Part shown: piece by piece, positions 10,836-22,400 of the stretch
Layout of the letters: every line of letters starts with the position of its first letter
How positions within the stretch are numbered: position 1 is the stretch's first letter
IMG/VR virus record: IMGVR_UViG_3300032286_000710
Coordinates: 102,605-166,604 of that record
Source: a virus
Reading direction: 5' to 3' (one strand)
DNA: 64,000 bases
Made by a program: the position numbers and the translations under genes
The notes under the pieces: model-generated
Seen by the model: the letters and a program-made list of their open reading frames with translations, nothing else
What the model was told of the DNA's origin: nothing
Database searches by the model: none

Positions 10836-11770
10836 TAAAATTTAAATATTCCCATATTGAACGAAGAAGCCTGTGGATTTGATGGCGTTACAGGAAGAAG
10901 CAAACAAGCATTTGCGCCACAAACCCATCCAAAATATGGACAACATACCATATAAGACCCATTAGATGAACACTCAGAACTACCGGGGGGACATTCGCAA
11001 ACGTTTCCAGAACAACAAGCACCATGACCATTATCAGTATATCCCGGTGGACAATTGGGTGGTGGTGGAGTTGGGGGTGAGGTAGTGGTGGTGCTAGTAC
11101 CAGTAGTACTAGTGCCGGTGGTCGAGGTGCTAGTACCAGTAGTAGAAGTTCCAGTAGTTGAAGTGCTAGTACCAGTGGTAGAAGTGCTGGTACTGGTTGA
11201 AGTACCGGTGGTGGAAGTACTGGTGCTGGTTGAAGTGCTGGTGCTAGTACCAGTTGTTGAAGTATTAGTAGTAGAAGTTCCAGTAGTGGAGGTGCTGGTG
11301 CTTGTACTAGTACTTGTGGATGTACTAGTGCTAGTGCTAGTAGTAGTTGTACTACACGGTAAAACATTCACCCCTAAAGAAAAATTAGCACTACTAAGCA
11401 CTGATCCTATTAAATTATTAGCAGTTACAGTAACGCTATAACTTCTTTGAGTTGCATTAGTATAATTAAAATATAACCCACTACTACTGATATCAAAAAA
11501 GTTTTTGTCGTTTCCAGATAGATTTAATGAATATGGTTCACATCCAATATTATTGATTAATATAGTAGATATTTTAGTAAATAGATTACTTAACTTCTTG
11601 TACTTAGGAGTAAACTGATAAAGACTATCTTTTTCTGGACATGGAACATTATTCTTTGGCAAGACAAAAAAATCAATATCTTCTGGAGATAATGTGGTGG
11701 TAGTTACCGGTTCTGCATAAGTTAAATATGGTGCTGGCTGTTTGAAGCACGGGTCATTTGGTCTGCCCAT
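10835..11770 (-). CDS. Thr/Ser mucin-like Cys-rich protein
   Basis: Start reassigned to MGRPNDPC after an AAGGA RBS. Ig/cadherin-like segment, about 90-aa TTGTST tract and Cys-rich tip. Confidence 0.7.
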   Translation of the reverse strand: MGRPNDPCFKQPAPYLTYAEPVTTTTLSPEDIDFFVLPKNNVPCPEKDSLYQFTPKYKKLSNLFTKISTILINNIGCEPYSLNLSGNDKNFFDISSSGLYFNYTNATQRSYSVTVTANNLIGSVLSSANFSLGVNVLPCSTTTTSTSTSTSTSTSTSTSTSTTGTSTTNTSTTGTSTSTSTSTSTSTTGTSTSTSTSTTGTSTSTTGTSTTGTSTSTTGTSTTGTSTTTTSPPTPPPPNCPPGYTDNGHGACCSGNVCECPPGSSECSSNGSYMVCCPYFGWVCGANACLLLPVTPSNPQASSFNMGIFKF

Positions 11771-11781
11771 AGATATATCCT

Positions 11782-14700
11782 TTAATGATTGCAGCAGACG
11801 CAAGCTGTATCGCTAGCACTCACCCATATTGGTTTATATTCATCGTTAACTCTAGCAGCTATTACATAAGCTCCAGAATGAATAACAGAAGTTGTATCTC
11901 TGTTGGTAATATAAATACTTCCAATATTTGCCCAGCTAGCATCTTTAGATATTAAAATACCACTGGTTTTAGAAGAAGAATTTACTGGGGCTTGCAAACC
12001 ATTTGGCATAAAACCTTCAATAAAAGTACTATTTATTTTGGCTATACCACTATTGGCTAGAGCTATACCACTATTCCCAAGAGCTATTCCGCTATTAGCC
12101 AGATTGGTAGCATATGGAATTCCGCTAGATGTATTGAGGGAAGTTCCATCACTAAATCTTACAAAACCTTGTAATCTTAAATCCCCATTAAGTTGAGCGT
12201 ATGGTCTTGATGAGCCATCATAAGATACTGTATTTATAAGTGGTGAAGCATTGTGGCTAAGAGTAAATAGATCTGCCGAGTTATTTCCACTAAATTTGAA
12301 AGTTAAAGTATTGTCTGGATAGTTATTACCACCGCTATCAATAACTTCAATGACATTAGCCTTTAAACATAAGCTATCAGAGTCATTTGCATTATTGATA
12401 TACAATCTTCCGCCGCTTGGCAAAGTAAGTCGCTTGTCAGTGTTTGTCGGTCCAAGTTTACCATCTAATAATACAAGCCCATTATTACCTACTAAGAAAT
12501 TATGTGATCCACTATTGCTAGCACCAATATTGTGACCAATAATTATGTTGCCGCTGGTATTAGCTAAATCGGCAGTTTTATTAAATGATTTGTTACCAAT
12601 GATAATATTATTGGATGTATTATTTAATCCGCTAGCAGATGACTCACCAATTACAATATTGTTGTTTCCTGACGATAGATTATATAAGGAATCATAACCC
12701 ATAGCAAAATTGCCAGAGCCAGATAAAATACTATAAAGAGCTTGATAACCATAAGAAATATTGTTTTTGGTTGCGCCTGTTATAGCTTTTCTTCCAGATG
12801 GAGATAAATATCCAGCAAAAGTATTACCGTTAGTGTCAGTATAAACGGCCCTACCATCTACATTATCTAGCTTATTAACAACTAAATCTGTAGAGTTGCC
12901 AGAGCCATCCATAAAATATAATGAATTGTATTGATTGGCAAATCCCTTTTCTGCTCTTAAATTATATAGTTTACCATAACCGCCGGATGGGTTTACAGTT
13001 GAATCACCAACCCCTAGGCTATCTTTTAAGCTTATAACTGGTAGTTTAGCAATACCGCTATGTCCAATTGTGATTGTAGCGTTTGTAATTCCACTAGAAA
13101 GTATACCAATCTCGTTTGTATCTTTCATTCTAATGAAATTAGTAGCATTAGAATTCTTATATATAATTACATCAGCAATGCCGCTATTGTTTAGATATGC
13201 AATTTCTACGCCGCTGGCTTCACAGTTTTCTCTTGCTAATAATTGAATAGCGGCTTTATAATATCCAGTATTTTCAGTAGTAAATCTACCGATACAATGA
13301 GTTGAGGATCTAGCATTGAAAATAGTTTTTGGTAAAACATTTTCTGTAACAGAAGCTATATTCGTAACTCCCATCACAGACCCATCTTGATCGTTTTTCA
13401 TAACGACCAAACCGTTTATAAACTTAGAGGTACGATCATATGATCCTACTACTAGCCTATCTGTAAGCGGGCCTATTATTCCTAAATTGGAATCGTCAAT
13501 GTATTTAATTTCAAATCCACTTAGCTTATCTTTGTTGCTATTTAATGAATCTTTTTGTCTAACCTTTGTGCCTGTTAAGAACCTTTGACTAACACTAACG
13601 CCAGATTCAATAGACGATACCGACATAACATAATTTGTCAACTCGCCAGAGTTAGATAAGAAGTTTACATTACCAATACCAGCTAGAACTCCATCAGATG
13701 CACCGGGATTTGATCCTAAAACATTCTTTCTAGATATGTAGCTTATACCACTATTAAAGAATAGTCCATAGCAATCGTTGTTACTAACTCCGCTATCATT
13801 ATAAGAAATAAAACTATTGGCTTGGATATAGGCTGTACTTGGGACTTGAAAACTAGTATTGGTTCTGAAGGTAGATTTTTCGTATTCACCAACAAAGCAT
13901 GGCATACCAGAACTTGGTGGATAGTAAGATAGAGTATACTGCCTACTATTAGTAGACTTTAATATCAAACCGCCGCCCGATAATCCTGTGTCTGAATATA
14001 ATGGATTAAGTTCATTATTAGTGCCTAAATATAAGTATATTCCACTATAGTTTTGAGTATTAACGATTACACGGTTGTTAATGGTAGCAGTACCATCTAC
14101 AATAATATCTTGAAAATAACCTCTAGACCATTTTCTACCTGCTGCACCAAGATCATATGTAGAGTTAAGGGCTGGTAAAAATGATCCTCTATTAGCTATA
14201 CTATAAGTCGTATCTTGGTATAAAGATGTACCATTAGAGAAATCAATAGATCTAGATAAAAATAATGTTCTCCAATTATATAATATATGACCTAGATTTA
14301 ATACGGCATTACCAGACGGTGTTATATCTCCACCAACTTGAAGCTTACCGTATGAATGTAAGCTTTTAACCCCGACGCCTAATTGTATTGTTGATAGGTC
14401 GCCGTATACTAACGGAGTTAAACCAGAGCCATTCGGGTTACTGCAAATATAACTTCCATCAACAGGATGGTAAGCAATGAATAGCTTGTTGCTAGTATTT
14501 TTATCAACATAATATCCAGCACCATGACCAATAGCAATGTTGCCATTACCAGACTTATTATTATGTAGAGTATAGTTGCCAAGCCCAAGATTTAAATTAC
14601 CGACAGTGTTGCCAGCAAGGGCATAATAACCCAACGCAACATTACTTTGACCATAGATATTGCAAGATAAAGAATATGATCCAACAGCAGTATTTTTAGC

Positions 14701-14988
14701 ACTCTGATAGCTGGATTTTAATGTAGAGAAGCCAATAGCAGTATTATCTTGACTAGAATATCCAGCTAACGCAATGTTTTCTAAAGTTAACTGACCAACT
14801 TTAGTATTTCCGTCTGAAAATGTTGCAAGATTAAGAGATGTTAAATTTTGAGATGAGGTAAGATTATGAACAGAATCTATTATATCTAATAAATTATGTC
14901 TAATGTCGTAGGGGGATATTTGACCATATGATTGATCAGATATCTCACTGTTAATATTATTTACAAGTTGAGACTTGCTTAATATCAT
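11782..14988 (-). CDS. Long tail fibre/adhesin-like protein
   Basis: 1068 aa with NTAIG/NVALG/NIAIG YadA-head-like repeats and a YDLGAAGRKW fibre motif. Confidence 0.65.
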   Translation of the reverse strand: MILSKSQLVNNINSEISDQSYGQISPYDIRHNLLDIIDSVHNLTSSQNLTSLNLATFSDGNTKVGQLTLENIALAGYSSQDNTAIGFSTLKSSYQSAKNTAVGSYSLSCNIYGQSNVALGYYALAGNTVGNLNLGLGNYTLHNNKSGNGNIAIGHGAGYYVDKNTSNKLFIAYHPVDGSYICSNPNGSGLTPLVYGDLSTIQLGVGVKSLHSYGKLQVGGDITPSGNAVLNLGHILYNWRTLFLSRSIDFSNGTSLYQDTTYSIANRGSFLPALNSTYDLGAAGRKWSRGYFQDIIVDGTATINNRVIVNTQNYSGIYLYLGTNNELNPLYSDTGLSGGGLILKSTNSRQYTLSYYPPSSGMPCFVGEYEKSTFRTNTSFQVPSTAYIQANSFISYNDSGVSNNDCYGLFFNSGISYISRKNVLGSNPGASDGVLAGIGNVNFLSNSGELTNYVMSVSSIESGVSVSQRFLTGTKVRQKDSLNSNKDKLSGFEIKYIDDSNLGIIGPLTDRLVVGSYDRTSKFINGLVVMKNDQDGSVMGVTNIASVTENVLPKTIFNARSSTHCIGRFTTENTGYYKAAIQLLARENCEASGVEIAYLNNSGIADVIIYKNSNATNFIRMKDTNEIGILSSGITNATITIGHSGIAKLPVISLKDSLGVGDSTVNPSGGYGKLYNLRAEKGFANQYNSLYFMDGSGNSTDLVVNKLDNVDGRAVYTDTNGNTFAGYLSPSGRKAITGATKNNISYGYQALYSILSGSGNFAMGYDSLYNLSSGNNNIVIGESSASGLNNTSNNIIIGNKSFNKTADLANTSGNIIIGHNIGASNSGSHNFLVGNNGLVLLDGKLGPTNTDKRLTLPSGGRLYINNANDSDSLCLKANVIEVIDSGGNNYPDNTLTFKFSGNNSADLFTLSHNASPLINTVSYDGSSRPYAQLNGDLRLQGFVRFSDGTSLNTSSGIPYATNLANSGIALGNSGIALANSGIAKINSTFIEGFMPNGLQAPVNSSSKTSGILISKDASWANIGSIYITNRDTTSVIHSGAYVIAARVNDEYKPIWVSASDTACVCCNH

Positions 14989-15003
14989 ATTAAGCTCCAG
15001 TAA

Positions 15004-15750
15004 CTATTTTAGACTAATTTCTAACGAATTTGCATCAAACCTTATGTTGTCTCCAAGGTAAACATATCGTGGGTTAGTTAACTTAGCATACATTAGCAAG
15101 TTGCCAGAACCTACAGTTTCATGATCTAAAATAGCTATACCAGAAACCCAGCCCCATTCAGTAAACGCAGAGTTAAATACCATCTGGTTTTTATTTCTGA
15201 TAAATCCATTGCCTTCATAATCTGGGTAGCTAGATTTAAGAGTAACTCCAGACTGAAAAATATTTGTGCCTTGAGGAGCAAAAAAAGTTACAGATGGAAA
15301 TTCTTTAGCAAATGTATATACTATTGCTGATCCATTGCCACCTTTTGAGGTGCTATAATCTTTTGCGGCCTGCTCGTTTATGAACATTGGATAGAAATAT
15401 CCATACTCTGGCTGTGTACTAAAAGTAACAACCCCATTAGTACCAATAGTGCCACTAGCTTTTACTCCAGATACGCTATATGCTGTGGTAACATCAACTC
15501 CAACTGAATTCCAAGTATTATCACCGCTAGTAGCTGGTGGTCCCAAAACAATTCTTTTATAATTCGTTGTAACAAAATTTAAACCATTAGCTACTCCAGA
15601 CGCTAATTCTGGTATGGTAGAGCCAGTATCAGAATCGGCTGGAACACCGCTTGTTAAAGCAATTGCTATTGTAGAAGGTCTGGGGAAAGCGGTATTTCTA
15701 AATATATGACTCAATAAGCCAGACTCAAGATAATCCGATAGTGCGGCCAT
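15004..15750 (-). CDS. Virion structural protein
   Basis: MAALSDYLE...WGWVSGIAILD...GNLLMYAKL pattern of a common phage structural family; GTGTATA at 15795-15801. Confidence 0.55.
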   Translation of the reverse strand: MAALSDYLESGLLSHIFRNTAFPRPSTIAIALTSGVPADSDTGSTIPELASGVANGLNFVTTNYKRIVLGPPATSGDNTWNSVGVDVTTAYSVSGVKASGTIGTNGVVTFSTQPEYGYFYPMFINEQAAKDYSTSKGGNGSAIVYTFAKEFPSVTFFAPQGTNIFQSGVTLKSSYPDYEGNGFIRNKNQMVFNSAFTEWGWVSGIAILDHETVGSGNLLMYAKLTNPRYVYLGDNIRFDANSLEISLK

Positions 15751-15801
15751 ATTTTTCTCCTATTCATATCCTTGGATAACGTTATCTAAGTTATTATACA
15801 C

Positions 15802-15835
15802 AAAAAAGCCACCCCCAATCGCTTGAGGATGGCTT
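15802..15835 (-). terminator. Intrinsic terminator after the major capsid gene
   Basis: Minus strand reads AAGCCATCCTCAA-GCGA-TTGGGGGTGGCTT followed by a U-tract. Confidence 0.7.
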
Positions 15836-15865
15836 GATTGCGACCGATATCTTTAGATATCTAGA

Positions 15866-16876
15866 TTAGAATGAGCCAAGGATCACTCTACGATTATCTA
15901 GAACACCAAAGCCAAGTTCAGCCCAGCCGTAATAGCCAGCTCTTTGCTGACGATGTAGGGCTGGATCTTCGAATACCTGTAGCTGTTGCTTAACGGGCAT
16001 TACGAAGCTATCACCCATAGACTGATCAATACCAACTACGAGTTCAACGTCACCGCCGGTTGCTAATGAGCCACCAAGATCAGATGTGAAGAAGCTCTGG
16101 TACTGTTGACCTTCGCCTAGTTCGTCTAGGTCATGGAGGTTAACACCAAAGATTCTAGTCACAACAGAAGCGGCTGGATCAGCATTATAAATCTCACGAC
16201 GAGTAACGTCATCAACTTGATCTAGACCCCAGTTACGAATGTCTTCTAAAGCTTCTGGCGATAGATACATATCGGTTAGACGGCCACGACCAACTGATGC
16301 CGAGTTACCACCCGAGTTTCTACGCATAACTGTCTGCATGAGTGATACTAATCTCTTTGAGAATAGACCAGCTGTTGCATCAGCATCATAGACGAGGATG
16401 TTACGATCAACGCCAGCGGCGAGAAGAGTGTGCCAGCCGTCATCGTTCATCTTCTTGGTGAAACCGGCTTCCATCACCTGCATTGCACGACCAACGATGT
16501 CCCATCTGGCTTCGCGGGCAAAGCGAAGAAGATAGTCAACCGATGAAGCGATTGTGTAGGTGGGGATCATCACATAATCGCCTTCGACCGAACGCTCTGG
16601 AATTCTACCGTGACCGGGATTAGTGTAAGCAACATGCTCACCTTCAAGGCCGGGGGAGATAAGATCAAGAGGGAATTCGGTTGTTGAACCGGCTTCTACA
16701 TTGATGGTTTCGAAAATATTACCGAGGATATTACCAACTAAAATTCCCTTACGGAGTGGGAGTTCTAGTGCTTTGGCAAACTCACGTTGAGCGGCCATAG
16801 CCACATTGATATCGGCATCCCCTGACTTACGTAGGAGAGCGATAAAATCATCGCTAGGTCTTTCTGTTATTGGCAT
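15866..16876 (-). CDS. Major capsid protein (HK97 fold)
   Basis: 336 aa downstream of the protease/scaffold and decoration genes. Strong RBS, GC-richer codon usage, and a typical C-terminus (GYYGWAELGFGVLDNRRV). Confidence 0.8.
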   Translation of the reverse strand: MPITERPSDDFIALLRKSGDADINVAMAAQREFAKALELPLRKGILVGNILGNIFETINVEAGSTTEFPLDLISPGLEGEHVAYTNPGHGRIPERSVEGDYVMIPTYTIASSVDYLLRFAREARWDIVGRAMQVMEAGFTKKMNDDGWHTLLAAGVDRNILVYDADATAGLFSKRLVSLMQTVMRRNSGGNSASVGRGRLTDMYLSPEALEDIRNWGLDQVDDVTRREIYNADPAASVVTRIFGVNLHDLDELGEGQQYQSFFTSDLGGSLATGGDVELVVGIDQSMGDSFVMPVKQQLQVFEDPALHRQQRAGYYGWAELGFGVLDNRRVILGSF

Positions 16877-16901
16877 GTTTAATTCTCCTTGTTTATATTA
16901 G

Positions 16902-17369
16902 TCAGGGAAGGTTTACTTCTACTTTAGCATAACCGTCAGCATCCTTATTACTAAGGAAACGGCCCACTAATAGAAGACCAGAAAGTGCTGGACTGTCTAC
17001 GCGAACATTGCCAGCATTTACGTGGCAAGCATAAGCTCCACTACCAGCAATAGCACTGCCGGTAATGTTATTTGTTACAACGTAACCCTTGCGGAGTACT
17101 GTAACCTTGCCACCCTTCTGAACCTCATCTTTATACTGATTGAGGTGAGTACGGGTTAGATCCTTATTCACAACATCATTTAATAAAATACCTACTGGTG
17201 CTGTTAAGCTTGTGGCAGCAGCATACTTTACAAGGTTAACGCCTTGATCCATAGCTGCACCAGAACCAGCTGTATCATGAACTACTACGCCGCCGCGAGT
17301 TGCTGTCCCGGCATTGTAGAAGAAACTGATATCAGTTTGAAACTCATATCTATCTGCTTTTAGGGCCAT
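16902..17369 (-). CDS. Capsid decoration/cement protein
   Basis: 155 aa between scaffold and capsid genes; PVGILLNDV...GGKVTVLRKG pattern. Confidence 0.65.
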   Translation of the reverse strand: MALKADRYEFQTDISFFYNAGTATRGGVVVHDTAGSGAAMDQGVNLVKYAAATSLTAPVGILLNDVVNKDLTRTHLNQYKDEVQKGGKVTVLRKGYVVTNNITGSAIAGSGAYACHVNAGNVRVDSPALSGLLLVGRFLSNKDADGYAKVEVNLP

Positions 17370-17386
17370 AGTTTTTCTCCTTTATA

Positions 17387-18790
17387 TCACTTACGTAAAA
17401 CGTTGTTTGTTAGCCACTCTGCCACACTAGCTCTTGTGGACTCTAGTTCTTCGCCTTCATCAGAAGCAGCTACAAGAGTGGCTTCTGTTGTTTTTACTTC
17501 TTCAAAAAGTTGTTCTGGGACTTCTGATTCAGAAGCTTTACTAGAAACTTCTTTTTCTTCGTCTACAGAATTATCTTTTTTGTCTTCTTCTATATCTTTT
17601 TTAGTTTCTTTTTTTGCTACCATCTTCTTTTTATAAACGGCAACAATAGCTTCGAAAGCTGAGTCATCTAAAGCATCATGAAGTGGAAGAACTTCATCAG
17701 CTTCTGTTTCTTCAAAGCCAGCACTAACAAGTTGACCTTTTCTATCACGGTCTTTTTCTTTCTTCTTCATGTTCTTCATTTCATCATTTAGTCCAGCTAA
17801 TTCTTTTTCTAGATTAGCAAGAGTCTCTTCTAGGGTTGCAACCTTTGAAGCATAAGCTTGAATTTCAGTATCTTTAGCAGCTAAAGCGGCTTCTAATTCT
17901 GAAGTATTGTTTTCAATCTTGACTTCTTCGGCTACAACTTGTACAGCTTCTTCTACCACTGGGGCAGTATCTAGCTGCTTCTCTTCGATGTTTTCTGACA
18001 TATTAACTTCTCCTTCTGAAACATTGGAAATAGTTTGTTCTTCATTAACAGAGAAAGCCTTGCTAGAATCAAGAATTATACTTCTTGGGTTTGCTGGTCT
18101 GGATACTAGACCCTTACCAGAAAAAGAAATATCTCTCAATAATCTACCAATTTGATAGCCTTCGTATTCTCCGGTTCCACCGTATGCTCTAAGATGTTTT
18201 GTTAAAAATGCCGAGTCTTCACTTCGTGCTACAACTTTGGTCTGGCCAGAGGTGTCTTTAACGGAGTAATCAAAACCGGCGAATAAACATTCCATCGAAA
18301 CGAACCACTTACCTTGCTCTATCTCTGATATAATCTTACTCATCCTCTCTCTGTTCTCTGGATTAGTCCAACTGTTATAAATTACAGCTTCGGTTACAAT
18401 GTCAAACTGAGATGGGGCGGCATCATTTTCAGTTGCGCCTATTTTATTGCCATCTTGATCAACAACATAACTTCCAGTGATATGTCCTATAATGTCATTT
18501 TCATTATGCATTAAGTTGAATTGTTTATCTTCTGGAGTACTACGAGCCGCCCAAGTTTGCTGCGGATCGAAAACATCGTCGTTTTTATTCCATCCAGTAG
18601 AAACAAGAATTGACTTGATATAGTAAAGATCAATTTGATTAGGATTACTAGAAGCCTTTACTTTATCAATCAATCTCTTAATTGAATTTTTTTCGGTTGT
18701 TAAAACTGCTTGCGAACAATAAGCTATAGTCGTATCACTTTTGATACGTTCTGATAGCCCGTCAGATATTTCTTGTGCATAAATCTTCAT
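17387..18790 (-). CDS. Prohead protease with C-terminal acidic coiled-coil scaffold
   Basis: NKNDDVF, H...IIGHI, VSMEC and FSGKGLVSRPANPRS protease motifs, then an acidic coiled coil; GTGTATA at 18819-18825. Confidence 0.75.
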   Translation of the reverse strand: MKIYAQEISDGLSERIKSDTTIAYCSQAVLTTEKNSIKRLIDKVKASSNPNQIDLYYIKSILVSTGWNKNDDVFDPQQTWAARSTPEDKQFNLMHNENDIIGHITGSYVVDQDGNKIGATENDAAPSQFDIVTEAVIYNSWTNPENRERMSKIISEIEQGKWFVSMECLFAGFDYSVKDTSGQTKVVARSEDSAFLTKHLRAYGGTGEYEGYQIGRLLRDISFSGKGLVSRPANPRSIILDSSKAFSVNEEQTISNVSEGEVNMSENIEEKQLDTAPVVEEAVQVVAEEVKIENNTSELEAALAAKDTEIQAYASKVATLEETLANLEKELAGLNDEMKNMKKKEKDRDRKGQLVSAGFEETEADEVLPLHDALDDSAFEAIVAVYKKKMVAKKETKKDIEEDKKDNSVDEEKEVSSKASESEVPEQLFEEVKTTEATLVAASDEGEELESTRASVAEWLTNNVLRK

Positions 18791-18856
18791 ATTTTTTCCT
18801 TGGTGTCTCTCAAGATAATATACACAAAAATCGTATAAACATATTAAATTGATTGC

Positions 18857-19237
18857 TTAACGATCACCAATTAGAGAGGCATTAAAGTTTTGAGGAGTCT
18901 GTGGCGGGAGGTTATCATTGTCGATAACTGTTACAGTTCCATCTTGGTTCATAGTAAACTGACCAACTAAAGATAATGAATTATATATTGCTTCGGGCTT
19001 TATACTAGCAATAAATTGGCCTAAAGCGTAGTGTAATCTAAATACTTCCACCGCGTTTGGCCCAAGGGCTTCAGCAATTTCTGATGGTTTTAATCCATAG
19101 GGATTTCTCCAAAATAAAACCGTACCATCATTAAAAGAGTCAGTTATTTGATGAAATGTCTGACGGGCTTGATCGATCATTTGCTTGGCAGATTGTTCTG
19201 CTAGATTTGGCTGAACATTACCATCTAAAATACTCAT
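18857..19237 (-). CDS. Hypothetical protein
   Basis: 126 aa ORF with a GGAG RBS. Confidence 0.6.
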   Translation of the reverse strand: MSILDGNVQPNLAEQSAKQMIDQARQTFHQITDSFNDGTVLFWRNPYGLKPSEIAEALGPNAVEVFRLHYALGQFIASIKPEAIYNSLSLVGQFTMNQDGTVTVIDNDNLPPQTPQNFNASLIGDR

Positions 19238-19410
19238 ATTATTTCTCCATTATTTAGACTTGATAAGTAGCTTTCAACCACAGTATTTACTTCTTCTTGA
19301 GTTGGATAATGATCAAATTTGAAGAATTGAGTTGAGTTTTCATCAACCGATACTCTCACTCTGTATTTATCAGCAGCATCAAGAAAAACTTCAGTAATTT
19401 TATAGTTCAT
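19234..19410 (-). CDS. Small hypothetical protein (58 aa)
   Basis: MNYKITEVFLDAADKYRV...; AGGTG RBS; the stop overlaps the next ATG (ATGA). Confidence 0.6.
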   Translation of the reverse strand: MNYKITEVFLDAADKYRVRVSVDENSTQFFKFDHYPTQEEVNTVVESYLSSLNNGEII

Positions 19411-19418
19411 AATTCACC

Positions 19419-22400
19419 TTAAACTTGAGTTATACTTAAATCATCTACATATCCAGTATATGTTGATCCTCCCCAGCATTCTGCCAAAATTTCAACAACG
19501 CCAGTTTCTGTTGGGGTAAAACTTAAACTAACTTGTTGCCAAGTATCTGCCGATTCTGTCATATACGAAACAACATCGCTAGATACACCACCTATTTGAC
19601 CCCCCTTTATTCTTAATCTCATTACTAAACCAACATTAGTTCTTCTCATCCACGCCCTTACTGTAACTAAACTATTAGCACTAACAGCTATTTTTGCTAA
19701 ACTTAAATCTAAAGGATAGTCAATATATCTAGCTGTATTAGTGGGAGCCATGGCCCAAGCTATACCATTGTTAGTATTCCTTACGCTCGTAGTAGTATAT
19801 ATTAATCCATATTCACAGAAAATATTATGATTATTTGTAGTTTGATCATGATTATGAGAAAATATTTTAGAGTTTAATCCATATCCAGCTGCATTATAAA
19901 TTGTTTCTGTGGTATCGTTCACCGCACAATTTACTAAATATAATGCTGGAGAATATGATCTAACTGATGCTGTTGAATTGGTAGAAAAAGTACAATTTTT
20001 AACTGTAATATCAGATCCAAATGAATTATCTATACCATATGTCCAGCTATCAGAAATAATACCACTATTACAAATCAATAAATTTCCCGGTGTAGGATTA
20101 ATACCAACAATATTATTTTTGATGATGAAATTATTTAAATAGTTACCCTGCACATTATAGTATGTAAGACCATTTCCATTATTACTCATAATAGTAAAAT
20201 TATTTAAGTAGCATTGACCAGCATTACTAAACATATAAACGCCACCAAGACTATTATAACAACAATAAATATTATTGTATACAACATTCTTAATTTCTCT
20301 TAGGTATAATCCACCATTTCCTTCATTGTTATTAAAATGACAATTAGAAACTGTAGATGAGGTTGCTCCGTTAGGAGAAAATCCAAAATAAAATCTAACA
20401 CAACACATTCTATCTACATTTAAGCATGATCCCGGTATATAATAATTATACATTCCATAACCATAACCATTTCTACCATCAAACCAACTTTCTCCCGTCC
20501 TTGTACTCATGTCTGTTCTATTCCATCCAAATAAATAATTAATTGGATTTGTTGGAACAGCACCGCCTCTTTGAAAATTTAACAAAGAAACATTATTTGT
20601 GCTTGTTGCTGTGGCAAGTGGTACTTTAATAGTTTCTCTTTTGTATGTTGTTACTGTTTCGCTTGTCCCATCATATCCCGGTATCTGCATGTTTGCGGTC
20701 CCAATTGAAATTGGACCCCACTGACCACCAGTATCAAGCATCACTCTTGTTCCGTTAATACTTTGGATACCACACCAAGTTTCTCCGCTGGTATTTTTAC
20801 CAATCAACGAACAAAGATTAAGACTATCGGCACTAGAACTTGCTTTGCAGGCAATAATATTAGATAGCAGGAATGTTTGAGTACCATTGTCGGTATTCAC
20901 ATAGAAACCTATGCTTTGAATGCTAGATCCTAAATTTGTTGCAAGATCTATGGTTATCGGTGTCCATCTATTAAGTACCGTTAAATTCTCAATATTGAAT
21001 GTATTTACTGCTGTTGCTCCAGCAGTATCACTACATAATACTAATGATATTGCTCCACTTGCGCCAATAGTTCCTGCTGTTTGTTTGATCCAAAAACTTA
21101 GTTGTTGATATCCACTTAAGTTTAATGATCCAGTAGCTTTATAAGCGGCTAATCCCGTTGTAAAATTTGGTCCAACTGCTATGGAATCTGAACAGTCGCC
21201 CTCTTTAATACCGCCTGCGACATCAGTAGTAACTAAAGATGTTGTTATATCAGCAGTTTGTGGTGTCCAAGCTGTTCGTCCATTTCCTCTATTTCCGTGA
21301 CTAGCAATATTAACTATTGGGGATGATGATAATATTACTCTTTGATTGGAAACTTTTCTTAAAAATCCAACAGTTCCTCCAACTGCATTTCCCGTTGATC
21401 CTACAAGTGCGCAGGTTGAACCGGTAACACTAGTCACTTCCCATGTTCCATTAGCATTAATATTAGTTGTATGGCCTGTTATTACAACAGTATCTCCATT
21501 ACTTATTCCTAAAGTTGCCATAGTGCTAGCACAACTTACAACAATAGGAGATGCATTTGTAGTGCTATTTATACTAGAACTTCCTTGCATTTTTGAACCA
21601 ACCCATGTGGCACTACCAATGCTGGTAGGGTCTGGACTACTCATTATTTTGACCGTATCATCACTAACTAATCTTGTTGATAAAGCTCCATTAGTTATAG
21701 TTTTCCATCTTCCGCCAATATAATATTGTCTAATAGCACTTTGAACAGATACGGGCGATGCAGAAGTAGGTGATTGATTTATTCGTAAACTAGTAGAACT
21801 AAGCCATTGAGTAATATAATATTGAATATAACTAGTACCATTATATATACTTAAACATTGTTCTGGTGGTTTTTCATAACTCGTTGCTGATGATCCTTGT
21901 TCTATTTGTAATCCACAAATATATAAACCACTTAATGAATCTCCATTATAATTAACAGTAGTCAAACCGGTATCAGTATTAGGTATTAAAATAATTTGTA
22001 TATTATCACCAACCCCAGCCGTTGTGGCGGTTAATGTTAATCTATACCACCCATTTCCTAATGGAGTACTTATTGATGATGTTGCACTTGCTCCGGTTGC
22101 TTCTACTGTTCCATTACTAAGATTAAACCTTGCGGCTTTTGCATCACTATCTAGTCTTAAAATAATTTTTGTTCTTTCAGAAGCTTTTGCATAAACAGAT
22201 ATTGTATATGGTGTGGTTGCTAAAAAAGGAGTATAATATGTTGCACTTTGAAAATAATGAAAATTAAGAATTGAATCTTCAGTAAGTCTATATACAGACG
22301 CATCTACACCGGTTGGACCAGTTATGGAATCTTTTGATAAGATAACGGAAGTTAAAATAGAATTTAAATAAAGTGAATTAGAGTACCAAGCTAAATTTTT

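Noticed and set aside
7269-11441. Val/Leu-rich ORFs overlapping the Thr-rich genes
   Set aside because: They are antisense or frame shadows of ACN/AGY repeat tracts.
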